IMG/VR virus record: IMGVR_UViG_3300010362_000099
Location: 1 to 25,585 of that record
DNA: 25,585 nt
DNA from: a virus
Lineage: Duplodnaviria > Caudoviricetes
Reading direction: 5' to 3' (one strand)
A program made the translations under genes and the position numbers. Numbering within the stretch: position 1 is the first letter of the stretch; each line of letters begins with the position of its first letter. A model generated the notes under the pieces. It was not told the origin of the DNA. It saw only the letters and a list, made by a program, of their open reading frames with translations, and ran no database searches. Positions 1 to 8,887 of the stretch are shown here, in pieces.

Positions 1-492
1 ATGGTGATGGGCCGCGCCGCGATCCGCGCGCAGATGGCCGATGACATCGGCTCGCTCGAAGGTTTCCTTACCGAGTTGAATTCCACCAAACAGGAGGTGT
101 TTTCAATGGCCGCAAGCAATCCTACGGATCCGGTGGTTACGTCGCCGAATCCTAGTCCACCACAACAACAACCAATCAATACCGCCGAAACCGAGCGAAC
201 CCGCATCGCGGCGATTCTCGCACTCGACGAAGCCAAGGGCCACGAGGCGCAGGCACAGCAACTCGCGCTGACGCCCGGTCTCGAAGTCGACAGCGCCAAA
301 CGCATTCTGGCAGCCGCGCCCAAGGCAGCGCCTCCCGCGCCGCCAGCTAACCCATTAGCGACCGCGATGGGCAAAGTGCCGAATCCAAAGGTTGGAGTCG
401 GTACCGAAGACGGCGACGATTCCCCACAAGCCGAAGCCGCGCGGATCCTGGCATTCCTGCCAGCGCACCAGCGAGTAAAGCGCAGCGCGTAA
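1..492 (+). CDS. C-terminal part of S49-family capsid maturation protease/scaffold (lambda gpC-like), 5'-truncated by the window
   Basis: Begins with an S49 end motif (GxxAxxxxxADxIGSLE), followed by ERTRIAAILALDEAKGHEAQAQQLALTPGLEVDSAKRILAAAP, which closely resembles lambda gpC/Nu3; lies directly upstream of the decoration and capsid genes. Confidence 0.85.
   Translation: MVMGRAAIRAQMADDIGSLEGFLTELNSTKQEVFSMAASNPTDPVVTSPNPSPPQQQPINTAETERTRIAAILALDEAKGHEAQAQQLALTPGLEVDSAKRILAAAPKAAPPAPPANPLATAMGKVPNPKVGVGTEDGDDSPQAEAARILAFLPAHQRVKRSA
106..492 (+). CDS. Nested in-frame scaffold protein (lambda Nu3-like)
   Basis: Strong SD AGGAGGT at 92-98 precedes an in-frame ATG at 106 inside the protease ORF; same arrangement as lambda C/Nu3. 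Confidence 0.75.
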   Translation: MAASNPTDPVVTSPNPSPPQQQPINTAETERTRIAAILALDEAKGHEAQAQQLALTPGLEVDSAKRILAAAPKAAPPAPPANPLATAMGKVPNPKVGVGTEDGDDSPQAEAARILAFLPAHQRVKRSA

Positions 493-522
493 ACGCCTAA
501 TTAGGAAAGGACTCTCTGAACC

Positions 523-939
523 ATGTCAACAGCACCAATTCCGAATTTTGGCCTAGCCAGTTTTTCCCAGGAGGGCGACTTCTACCAGGATGCTCTCCTC
601 TCGGACGGACACCATGTGGTGACTCGTAAAGCGCAAGCTGCGCTCGCCGTTGGAAAACGGTCGCGCGGTCTGGTAGTGAAGCTGGATGTTTCCGCCAATG
701 CGATTACCATCCCCGCCGCAGCTACAGACTGCAACGCCGTGCTGGCAGAGAACATCGACCCCGTCGCTGCTGGCGGCACCGTGGAATGCATCGTCTATGT
801 CAGCGGCAAGATGAAGGAGAACGCTATGGACTTCGGCGCCCTCGGCAAGAAAGAGTGTGCGGAGGCGCTGCGGAGTGTCGGCATCCTGGTCGAGAGCGTC
901 ATGAACAAAGACGGCCAGATCCCCAAACTCGGCGGGTAA
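523..939 (+). CDS. Head decoration protein (lambda gpD-like)
   Basis: 138 aa between scaffold and gpE-type capsid; SD AAAGGA; motifs AVLAENID, IVYVSG and EALRSVGILV typical of gpD-like proteins. Confidence 0.85.
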   Translation: MSTAPIPNFGLASFSQEGDFYQDALLSDGHHVVTRKAQAALAVGKRSRGLVVKLDVSANAITIPAAATDCNAVLAENIDPVAAGGTVECIVYVSGKMKENAMDFGALGKKECAEALRSVGILVESVMNKDGQIPKLGG

Positions 940-959
940 TTTTCCGATTTCTTAGAAGC

Positions 960-998
960 GCTGCTCCCTCCGCTATTGGCGATGGCGGATGGAGCGGC
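960..998 (+). other. Intercistronic RNA hairpin upstream of the major capsid gene
   Basis: GCTGCTCC-C-TCCGCTAT / TGGCG loop / ATGGCGGA-T-GGAGCGGC: 16 pairs (two G-U) with one mismatch; no U-tract after it. Confidence 0.55.
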
Positions 999-1039
999 AA
1001 GACCCCATTCCTCAGGCTCTCCAGAGGAGAGGAACCGAC

Positions 1040-2062
1040 ATGGCCGATATTTATTCGACCGATGTCATGAATGCAGTGCTGCAAAGCCTGCTGGGCGATC
1101 CACAGTTTCTGGTGGATCGCTTTTTTGGGAACACTCAGACCGAGACATCCGAGGAGATTCACTTCGACGTTCTGAACGGCAAGCGCCGCGTCGCGCCGTT
1201 CGTTTCTCCACTGGTCGAAGGGCAGATCATCGCCCCGTTGGGATGGCAGACCTTCACCTATAAGCCCGCCTACATCAAAGACAAGCGTGTCTTCGACATG
1301 AATAAGCCGCTCAAGCGCGCGCCCGGTGAGGCGATCGGCGGCACGATGAGCCCGATGAACCGGCTGCGTGCGCTCATGGCGATCGAGATGCAGGATCAGC
1401 TCACCATGCTGCGGCGCCGCCTCGAGGTGATGGCCGGCGAGATCCTGGCGACCGGGAAATGCACTATCGAGGGCGACAAGTATCCACAGGTGGTGGTGGA
1501 TTTCGGGCGTGCTCCGGGGAACACTGTCGTGGCCAATCCGCTATGGACCGATCCCACAGCAGACCCGGTTGCGAATCTGCGCACCTGGGCCCAACTGGGC
1601 CTGCAATCCCAGGGGATCATGCTGCAGGACGTCATCATGGCACCGGATGCATGGACCGCATTCTCGAACAATGAAATCGTCCAGAACTATCTGAATCTCT
1701 ATCGTGGCATCGGTGCGCCTCCCACCCTCAACCTGAACACACCCTCGACGGAGGGCGGCGTGTTCATGGGCACCATCGATATCTTCAACATCTGGCAGTA
1801 CGTCGGCTGGTATGTCGATCCCGAAACGGGCAACGAACTGCCGATCATCCCTGCTGATTGCGTGATCCTCACGTCGCCACTGCTCGCCGGCGTGCAAGCC
1901 TACGGCGCGATTCGCGATGAAGAAGCCGGCCTACAGGCCGTGCCCTACTTCGTCAAAAGCTGGATCGAGCCGGACCCGAGCGTGCGCTTCGTCATGCTGC
2001 AATCGGCGCCGCTGCTCGTGCCATACCGGCCCAACGCCAGCGTCAAGGCGAAGGTCGTCTAA
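1040..2062 (+). CDS. Major capsid protein, lambda gpE family (340 aa)
   Basis: GAGGAGAGG SD then ATG 1040; motifs FLVDRFF, VAPFVSPLVEG, YKPAYIKDK, RRRLEVMA and MLQSAPL characteristic of gpE-type capsids. Confidence 0.95.
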   Translation: MADIYSTDVMNAVLQSLLGDPQFLVDRFFGNTQTETSEEIHFDVLNGKRRVAPFVSPLVEGQIIAPLGWQTFTYKPAYIKDKRVFDMNKPLKRAPGEAIGGTMSPMNRLRALMAIEMQDQLTMLRRRLEVMAGEILATGKCTIEGDKYPQVVVDFGRAPGNTVVANPLWTDPTADPVANLRTWAQLGLQSQGIMLQDVIMAPDAWTAFSNNEIVQNYLNLYRGIGAPPTLNLNTPSTEGGVFMGTIDIFNIWQYVGWYVDPETGNELPIIPADCVILTSPLLAGVQAYGAIRDEEAGLQAVPYFVKSWIEPDPSVRFVMLQSAPLLVPYRPNASVKAKVV

Positions 2063-2161
2063 CGAGGTCTTCCGCGCAGGAGAGCCCGGAGACAAAGCTC
2101 CGCCGGTTGCCGGATCCCGCAGACGCCACTGCCCGGCAGCCCGCGCGGGGCGGGAGTCAAG

Positions 2162-2494
2162 ATGGCCAGCTACATCAACCCGTTCATTTCGGTCTACGTC
2201 CCCAACCTCTGGGCCTGGGAACTGTCGATGTTCGGCAGGCAAGTCAACTACTGGCCGGACCATGACGACAGCCTGGCGCAGCCGGTCATGGGCATCTGGA
2301 AGGAAGGAGCCGAAGGCGAGGGGTTCTCGCCGGGCCGCTATTCCATCTTCTGGATTGCCACGGACTCCACCCCGGCCAAGCCGAAGCGTGGCGACGCCGT
2401 CGAGAGCAATGGCTTGATCTACGACGTCGTCGACGTGCGGGCTACGGCCACCGGCCATTCGCGGCTGGTGCTGCAGGAGAACCTCAATGGCTGA
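2162..2494 (+). CDS. Head-tail joining protein (gpFII-like beta barrel)
   Basis: 110 aa after the capsid gene; C-terminal PKRGDAVESNGLIYDVVDV...SRLVL pattern typical of head-closure proteins; SD GGGAG. Confidence 0.6.
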   Translation: MASYINPFISVYVPNLWAWELSMFGRQVNYWPDHDDSLAQPVMGIWKEGAEGEGFSPGRYSIFWIATDSTPAKPKRGDAVESNGLIYDVVDVRATATGHSRLVLQENLNG

Positions 2495-2939
2495 TGGCCT
2501 GAATGTGCGGGTCACCAAGAGCGGCAAGGTCAAGAAAGCGACCCTCGACCAGGGCCCACTTACCGCCATCGGTGAGAAGATGGTCGCCGCTCAGAAACTG
2601 CGCTGGTCGAAGGGAATCGACGCCAACGATCAGGGGGCCAAGCCGCTATCGAAGCGGTATCTGTTCATCAAACAGAAGATCCGCGGCGTGCATCGTCCCA
2701 TCCGCGACATGCACCTCTCGGGCGAGACGCTGGCCAACTTCGGACTGCGGAAGGCGATCAACGGCGTCATCCGCGCGGAAAACTCCACTCGCAAGACGCG
2801 CGCCCGGGCGCAGGGCGCGCAGGCATTCGCCCAGATGATCGGTCTGTCGGGAACAGATCAGATCGTAGTTTTCAACGAAGCCCAGCGCCAATACGGCGAA
2901 GCACTGAAGCAGGCCTGGATCCCGGTGACGGGGAGGTAG
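2487..2939 (+). CDS. Putative neck/tail completion protein (basic)
   Basis: 150 aa, Lys/Arg-rich with WSKGIDA...KPLSKRY...DMHLSG; SD AGGAG; overlaps the upstream stop; assigned by position. Confidence 0.55.
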   Translation: MADGLNVRVTKSGKVKKATLDQGPLTAIGEKMVAAQKLRWSKGIDANDQGAKPLSKRYLFIKQKIRGVHRPIRDMHLSGETLANFGLRKAINGVIRAENSTRKTRARAQGAQAFAQMIGLSGTDQIVVFNEAQRQYGEALKQAWIPVTGR

Positions 2940-2946
2940 GAACTGA

Positions 2947-3402
2947 TTGGTTGATCTCATCGCACTCACGAACGCCATGGTGGATAAGTTCCGCGCTATC
3001 CCGGACCTCGTGGCTGCGCTGAATGGCAATCCCGAGGCGATCGTGGCTTACCAGGATCTCAATCCGGACCGCAACTCCCTCACCAATGCGGTCTATGAAA
3101 GCGCTCCTGGTTCCATCCTGGTCGCGTGGATCGAAACCAATTTCGCCGAGGAGGAAATCGGCTGCTGGCTGCATAGTTACGCCTACTATGTGCGCGCACG
3201 CCGCAAGGGATCCCCGATCGAGTTGATCAACCTGCTGGTGAACGGCATCCCCGTGCCCGGCGACGGCCTGCGCTGGCGCTATTGCCCGGTGATGAGCGGC
3301 GTAGAGCCGACTCAGATCATCAACATTTCCCGCGTCCCGGACGCGGAAGGAATCGATTACTACGTCATCGCGACGGAAACCAAAGAAACAGGAGACGCAT
3401 AA
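2947..3402 (+). CDS. Putative tail terminator protein
   Basis: 151 aa acidic protein immediately before the tail tube gene; TTG start after GGAGGTAGG; function inferred from position. Confidence 0.5.
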   Translation: MVDLIALTNAMVDKFRAIPDLVAALNGNPEAIVAYQDLNPDRNSLTNAVYESAPGSILVAWIETNFAEEEIGCWLHSYAYYVRARRKGSPIELINLLVNGIPVPGDGLRWRYCPVMSGVEPTQIINISRVPDAEGIDYYVIATETKETGDA

Positions 3403-3405
3403 TCC

Positions 3406-4476
3406 ATGTCACCTTGCTGCCCAGCAAATGTACGGGAAACCAAGATTGCCTTCGGGTTCGTCGCGCAGGCGGATCTCGAAACCAAAAATACTCTCGCAGA
3501 ACTCTGGAGCTTAACCAAGACCAATCCCACCCTCTCCGTCGTGACTCCCAACACCGAGACCGACGCCAACGATATCGGGAAGGGCGATGAGTTCCCGACG
3601 ACTGTCTACCCATCGCACATGGATACGGCGGTCGCGTTGGAGAAATACGTCTCCAGCGAGTTCATGGCGTGGCTCTTCAGCTTTGCTACGGGCGCGGTCA
3701 CGAAGACGGCTGCCGGAAACGGCTGGCAATACTGCGCGGAGCCATCCGATCCAGCGGTAGCCTGTATCAATCTCCCCGCCTTCACCTGGGCCGAGCAGAT
3801 TCGCACGCCGCCTGATTCCGTGGTCGACCGGGCCCTGGTGGGAATGGTCGTCAACGATTTCACACTGACGCTCGAATCCGGACCGGGCCGCAACAACTGC
3901 CGCGTCACGGCGAATTTTGTCGGCACCGGCCGAGTGGAGAGCCCATCGGGTTATACGCCCTGGCCCGCTGTAACCGCAGAGCACTTTCTCAACGCCGCGT
4001 CGGCCGCCATCAGCATCCTAGGAGTGGATTACGTCGCCGCTCAGAGCTTTATCTCGCTTACGTTCGGGTGGAACAACAACGTCCGGCTGGATACCGGCAT
4101 CTATCCCGGTTCGGGAACGCAGAACGGCTACGCCATCCGTGGGCGTATGGAGTATGGCACCCGCGAATGCACGCTCACCTTCACCGCACGCGCCTGCAAG
4201 GGAGCGGGCGAGTTTGACGCTTTGATTGCGGGCACGGAGGGACCCGTAACCATCACCTTGACCGGCGCGCTCGAGGGCACGGCGGTGCATAGCATATCGA
4301 TCACGATTCCGCGCGCGCGCATCTCCAACGTGGTGAACGGCGAAGCCGATGGCATCGTAACCGTGGAAGTGACCTTGACCCCGCTGAAACCGCTGCCGCC
4401 CTCCACGGAGCCCTATGTCAAGATGTGCGCCGTGACGACCAAGGATGGCATCTTGGGCGATTACCTTACGCCATAA
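3406..4476 (+). CDS. Major tail tube protein
   Basis: 356 aa, Thr/Val/Gly-rich beta protein; SD AGGAG; lies just upstream of the chaperone pair and tape measure gene. Confidence 0.8.
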   Translation: MSPCCPANVRETKIAFGFVAQADLETKNTLAELWSLTKTNPTLSVVTPNTETDANDIGKGDEFPTTVYPSHMDTAVALEKYVSSEFMAWLFSFATGAVTKTAAGNGWQYCAEPSDPAVACINLPAFTWAEQIRTPPDSVVDRALVGMVVNDFTLTLESGPGRNNCRVTANFVGTGRVESPSGYTPWPAVTAEHFLNAASAAISILGVDYVAAQSFISLTFGWNNNVRLDTGIYPGSGTQNGYAIRGRMEYGTRECTLTFTARACKGAGEFDALIAGTEGPVTITLTGALEGTAVHSISITIPRARISNVVNGEADGIVTVEVTLTPLKPLPPSTEPYVKMCAVTTKDGILGDYLTP

Positions 4477-4490
4477 CTAGGAGATCTTCT

Positions 4491-5087
4491 ATGTTCGATA
4501 CCACAGCAGAGATTATGATCACCGCCCGCACTGGCGCGGGAAAGCAGGAACTGCTGGTGCGCTGGCCTACGGATGAAGAGTGGTCGGAACGCGCCAGGCG
4601 GCGCAAGATTCTCATCACGCGACTGGGCCGCGGCATCAGCGAAACATCGATCGATTCAGGCGACAGCGACCTGCGTGTCTTTGAGAAGATCAAGCAGAAT
4701 GGCGCGCCGCCGTTGACACCAGGGGAAGCCACGCGCGTCTTCGAAGTCCTGGCCCAGTGCGACGTCACTGATTGTCGGCTCGAAGGCGACGAAGCGTTGG
4801 TCGAGCTCCAAGTAATGGGCGGCATGGTCAGCCACCGGCTGCGGCTGCCGTCTGCCGATCAGGTCTTGGCACTCCGACGCACCGTGCGCGTCCTCGATCT
4901 TCCCTACAACAAGCAGGAGCTCCGCATTCCCCTCGAGCCAGGCGCGAAGCTTTGGGACGCCTGCGGCGGCCAAAGCGCTGACTATACCGGTCCGATTCCG
5001 GCGATCCACAAGGACACGGCGATCCGCGCCGTCATCGACTACCTCGACCGGGAGGTGAGCGCCACGAATGAGGAGAAGCATTTTTAG
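4491..5087 (+). CDS. Tail assembly chaperone (gpG-equivalent)
   Basis: SD AGGAG at 4479-4483 then ATG 4491; 198 aa between tube and tape measure genes; ends CAT TTT TAG. Confidence 0.8.
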   Translation: MFDTTAEIMITARTGAGKQELLVRWPTDEEWSERARRRKILITRLGRGISETSIDSGDSDLRVFEKIKQNGAPPLTPGEATRVFEVLAQCDVTDCRLEGDEALVELQVMGGMVSHRLRLPSADQVLALRRTVRVLDLPYNKQELRIPLEPGAKLWDACGGQSADYTGPIPAIHKDTAIRAVIDYLDREVSATNEEKHF

Positions 5088-5449
5088 ACGGTGGCGGCTG
5101 GCCGGAACAGCCGTCGCCGCGTTTCATCTTTCACCGGATGATGCGCAGGGACCGCCTGTGCCCATCGCCCGACGAGTGCCCCGAGGCTTTGACGATCGAA
5201 GTCCAAAAAGGCTTGCAGGAGCCGGCCCCCTGCGAAGAATGCCCTTTGGAAAAACTGCAGTTATATTTGGCGTCGCAAACCGGCCAGATCATGTCTATCA
5301 TCATCGATCTGGACTTCGCGCTGCAGAGCCGGATCCAGGTGCCGCTGGACCGGATCAGCTACCGGGAGTTCCTGCTCCTGCGCCTCCTGGCTGAGGAGCG
5401 CAATAAGCATGAAATCGAGCAGATAAAATCCAAACCCCATGGCCGCTAA
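5081..5449 (+). CDS. Tail assembly chaperone extension (gpT-equivalent), probably reached by a -1 frameshift from the 4491 gene
   Basis: The -1 frame is open from 5072 (TGA at 5069-5071) to 5449 and is in frame with ATG 5138, which lacks a clear SD; T5 run at 5081-5085. Confidence 0.7.
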   Translation, partial: FLDGGGWPEQPSPRFIFHRMMRRDRLCPSPDECPEALTIEVQKGLQEPAPCEECPLEKLQLYLASQTGQIMSIIIDLDFALQSRIQVPLDRISYREFLLLRLLAEERNKHEIEQIKSKPHGR

Positions 5450-8400
5450 CCGAATCTACATCCAGGTCGATTTCCAATCGCAGTCGGCGAATCAGGCCAT
5501 CACGACGCTGAACAAGAATATTGCGTCGATCGGAAGTGCGGCGAAAAGTGCCACTGCTACGGCAACCGGGGCGATATCGGGTTTGACCTCCACGTTCCTA
5601 AAGGGTGTCGTGGGTGGCAATCTGCTTACGAATGCGATTCAAACGGCACTGGCCGCGTTGAAAGATTTTGGTGTCCAGGCTGCCATTCAGGGCGCACAGA
5701 TCGAGCGCATGGAAGTCGCAACACTGGAGTTGGCGAAAGCTAATGGCATTGCCGCTGAGGAGATCCAGAAACGTTCGGAGGCGGTGCAGCAGTTGGGCAT
5801 TGAGGATGACAAGGCCCTCGAGGTCATCAACAAGATGATCGTCGCGAATGTGGATCTCGAAAAGGCGCAACCGCTGGCCCAGATGGCCAAGGACCTCGCG
5901 GCGCTTAAAGCCAATATGGATGTCGGCGAAGCCTTCGAGGAGATTGTCCAAGCTATTGAATTCGGAAACGCGCGGGCATTGCGCTCCCTGGGTATACGCG
6001 TGGAATTCGACAAACGCATCGAAATAGCGGAGAGGACACTCGGCAGGGCCCTTTCGGAAAACGAAAAACAGGTCATCCGGCTGAATGAGTTCATGGCGAA
6101 GGCAGGCAAAGTCACCGGATCCAGCGCCGCCGTTGCCAAAACTGCGGAAGGTCAATGGATGCTGCTCGCGCAGCAATTTCGGCAACTTCGTCAGGATATT
6201 GGCAGAGACTTCGCGGATGAATTGCGCAAGATCGTAGAGGCCTTGCGCGAGGCCGTCAAATGGGTCAGTGAAAACAGAGAACAACTGAAAGAATGGCTCA
6301 AAATCCTGGCATATGCGGCCGCCGGCGGTCTCACCTACAAGATTGCCCAAGGAATCCTCGGCGTAGCCACCGCGGTCAAGGAATTGAATGCAGCACTGCT
6401 GGCTGGCAAAATCGCTATGGCTAGCAATCCGATGGCGTTGCTGATTACCGGCGGTCTGGCCGCCGGAGCCATTGTCTACACTCAGCTCCAGGACATCCAG
6501 AAAGGCATCGAGAATCGCGCCCAGGAACTGGAACGGTCGCAAGTTCTCAAGGATCTGCAAAGCGGCAAACTAAACCTGCAATCTCTCCGCAAGCGGGGAT
6601 TGACCGATGAACAGATTCGGGAAAGATACTTTGGGGGTCGCGCTCCGGAGACGGCTTTCCGCGGCGAAGGCGGTCCGCTTACCGGCAAACCCGTAGCAGA
6701 GGAGAATCTTGACGCCCAAATCGAGGCGCTGAAAAAGGCAGCGGAAATTCGCAAGAAGAGCGCCGAGGCCGACCGGCAGGCGCACGAATTCTATATGCGC
6801 GCGATAGACGAGCGGAAACAAGCCGAACAGGAATTGATGCGCAAGGAAATCGACGATTCGGTGGCGCGAATCCAACTGGTGCTCACGGAAGCACAGGCGG
6901 AAAAGGAAGCCAATCGCGCTCGGCGCGTGGCACAGGATGCTTATACGGCAGAGCGCAACCGGATCATGGAAGAGGAGCGGCGAGAAATCCAGCAGCGCAG
7001 TACATATATCGATGAGAAGGGCGCAGTTCAGCGATTCCAATTGTCCCGACAGGCCATGTTGGATATTCAGCACGGGACTCTCGAAAAAATCAAGGCACTG
7101 AATCTGAAATATGGGCGTGAGGAGGAAGACCGCGAGAAGGCGATTTTAGAGGCGCAGATCGAACGCGCCAGAACCTTGTTTGAGGTTGAGCAGTCATTGG
7201 CGCAAAGGCGCAGTCAACTCCGAGAGCGATTGATATTCGATCCACTCAAGGCAGGCCTCTATGAGGTTGAAGCGACCCGACAGAACCAGGAGCGTATCGA
7301 AGATGCCGCCTCCGACGCGCGTATTCGCGCTGTAGAACGGCGCGTCGCCCTCGAGGTGGCCGGCTTGGAAGAAATCCAAACTTACACCATCGAGCAGAAG
7401 ATCGCGGTCGAACAGCGCAAGACCGAGATCGAAATTCAAGGCATCCGGGAGCGGGAAGCCCTGGAACGGGACGCCATCGATCGCACCACGCGCCGACAGA
7501 TCGCCGCGGCGCAGGCGGCTGCCATCGCAGCGGGCAATTTCAATGAGGAATTCCATAAGCAGTTGGCGCAGCAAATCTCGGACCTTGGGGAGATCCAGAA
7601 GCGGGAGATTTCCGAAGGCGCCGTCAATGCGATTCAATTAGCGCAATCCAGGGTTCGCGGCGTAGTGGCCCAGGAAAACCGCCGCGTCTTCGAAAACCTC
7701 AAGGATCAAGCCGGCAAGGTATTCGATGCGCTGCTCGACAAAAGTACGACGATCTGGCAGGCCATCGCCAATAGCTTTAAGACTGCCATGCTTACGGCGA
7801 TCCGCGAAGTGGTCAGCAGTCAAGTTGCACGATCGCTGATGTCGCTTTTTGGTGCCAAAGGAGGTGGCACGGCCGGCGGTGGCGGATTCAACTTGGGTGG
7901 CCTTCTGGGAAACCTGGGAGGATTCGGCGGTTTTGGGCCCGGTGCTCCTGGTGGAACGCCTGGTTTCACGGGCGCGGTCGGTCAAGGTCCGATACGTTCT
8001 TCAGCCCCAGCCGTGCCGCAATACTCGCCCATGGGAGGCTACACGCCAGCCGGCCCGCAATATTCGCAGATGGGCGGGGCCACGCAACTGGCCGGCTTCG
8101 GAGCCCAGTGGGCAAGCCTGAAATCGTCCCTGTCGTGGCTTGGGAACCTGGGGTCAAAGACGTCCGGCGTTCATGGCGCGGCTGGTGGGGCGATGCTCCT
8201 GGGCGGGGCCACGCTGGCATACGCCGGATTGCGGCGCGGCGGTTGGAGCGGCTTGGCTATGACGACCGCTGGCGGGGCACTGATCGGCGCGAAGTTCGGC
8301 GGGCCGCTGGGTGCCGCCATCGGTGCGGCCGCAGGATTTGCGGCGGGCCTAATTCGCATGACTATCAAGGGCGCCGATGAAAAGGTCCGTGAGAAGGTCA

Positions 8401-8879
8401 AGCAAGTTTATGGCGTTGACATCACCGAAAAGAACATCCGCCAGCAGATTGTGGAGATCGCCAAGCAGCGCTATGGCGGCAATCTGGATCTGGCGATCCG
8501 CTCGCCCGAAGTGCAGGAGCTCGTCAATCTCTACGCAATATCCACAGGGAAAGGTGTTAGCGGCATGCCGCGCCCGATGTACGCCGCGACCTTCGGTCAA
8601 TCCGGTGCCGGAGGCCTGCAGCTACAGCCGGTGTATTCCAACGGCCAGATGGTCGCGAATCCGTATACCGGCGTGACCACACAGCAGTGGGCGACGCAGG
8701 GGCTGTATGTGCAACTGGATCCGCGGCAGGCCAACGATCTCTTCGAGGGCCGGGTAGTGAATGTGATCCAGGGGAACTCGGTCGCTGTGGGAGCATCGAC
8801 GGCCCGGGCGGCGCAATCTGGAGAAAGCCGGCAAAGCTTGCGGGGGGCGCTGGTGGAACCGTTGACGGTGATGCGATGA
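5439..8879 (+). CDS. Tape measure protein (1146 aa)
   Basis: Long Ala/Glu/Gln-rich helical protein after the G/GT pair; hydrophobic segments; Gly-rich zipper region at about 7850-8360. Confidence 0.92.
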   Translation: MAANRIYIQVDFQSQSANQAITTLNKNIASIGSAAKSATATATGAISGLTSTFLKGVVGGNLLTNAIQTALAALKDFGVQAAIQGAQIERMEVATLELAKANGIAAEEIQKRSEAVQQLGIEDDKALEVINKMIVANVDLEKAQPLAQMAKDLAALKANMDVGEAFEEIVQAIEFGNARALRSLGIRVEFDKRIEIAERTLGRALSENEKQVIRLNEFMAKAGKVTGSSAAVAKTAEGQWMLLAQQFRQLRQDIGRDFADELRKIVEALREAVKWVSENREQLKEWLKILAYAAAGGLTYKIAQGILGVATAVKELNAALLAGKIAMASNPMALLITGGLAAGAIVYTQLQDIQKGIENRAQELERSQVLKDLQSGKLNLQSLRKRGLTDEQIRERYFGGRAPETAFRGEGGPLTGKPVAEENLDAQIEALKKAAEIRKKSAEADRQAHEFYMRAIDERKQAEQELMRKEIDDSVARIQLVLTEAQAEKEANRARRVAQDAYTAERNRIMEEERREIQQRSTYIDEKGAVQRFQLSRQAMLDIQHGTLEKIKALNLKYGREEEDREKAILEAQIERARTLFEVEQSLAQRRSQLRERLIFDPLKAGLYEVEATRQNQERIEDAASDARIRAVERRVALEVAGLEEIQTYTIEQKIAVEQRKTEIEIQGIREREALERDAIDRTTRRQIAAAQAAAIAAGNFNEEFHKQLAQQISDLGEIQKREISEGAVNAIQLAQSRVRGVVAQENRRVFENLKDQAGKVFDALLDKSTTIWQAIANSFKTAMLTAIREVVSSQVARSLMSLFGAKGGGTAGGGGFNLGGLLGNLGGFGGFGPGAPGGTPGFTGAVGQGPIRSSAPAVPQYSPMGGYTPAGPQYSQMGGATQLAGFGAQWASLKSSLSWLGNLGSKTSGVHGAAGGAMLLGGATLAYAGLRRGGWSGLAMTTAGGALIGAKFGGPLGAAIGAAAGFAAGLIRMTIKGADEKVREKVKQVYGVDITEKNIRQQIVEIAKQRYGGNLDLAIRSPEVQELVNLYAISTGKGVSGMPRPMYAATFGQSGAGGLQLQPVYSNGQMVANPYTGVTTQQWATQGLYVQLDPRQANDLFEGRVVNVIQGNSVAVGASTARAAQSGESRQSLRGALVEPLTVMR

Positions 8880-8887
8880 AGCAGATT

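Noticed and set aside
496-505. CCTAATTAGG palindrome before the decoration gene
   Set aside because: Single 10-bp occurrence with no promoter context or second copy noticed
919-955. Frameshift or readthrough at the end of the decoration gene (CCC AAA C; GGG TAA) fusing it to the capsid
   Set aside because: Heptamer is not in X XXY YYZ phase, and the capsid frame has TAG at 953-955
2060-2164. Capsid stop readthrough into the in-frame head-tail joining gene
   Set aside because: TAA is a strong stop, and 33 stop-free codons are unremarkable at this GC content
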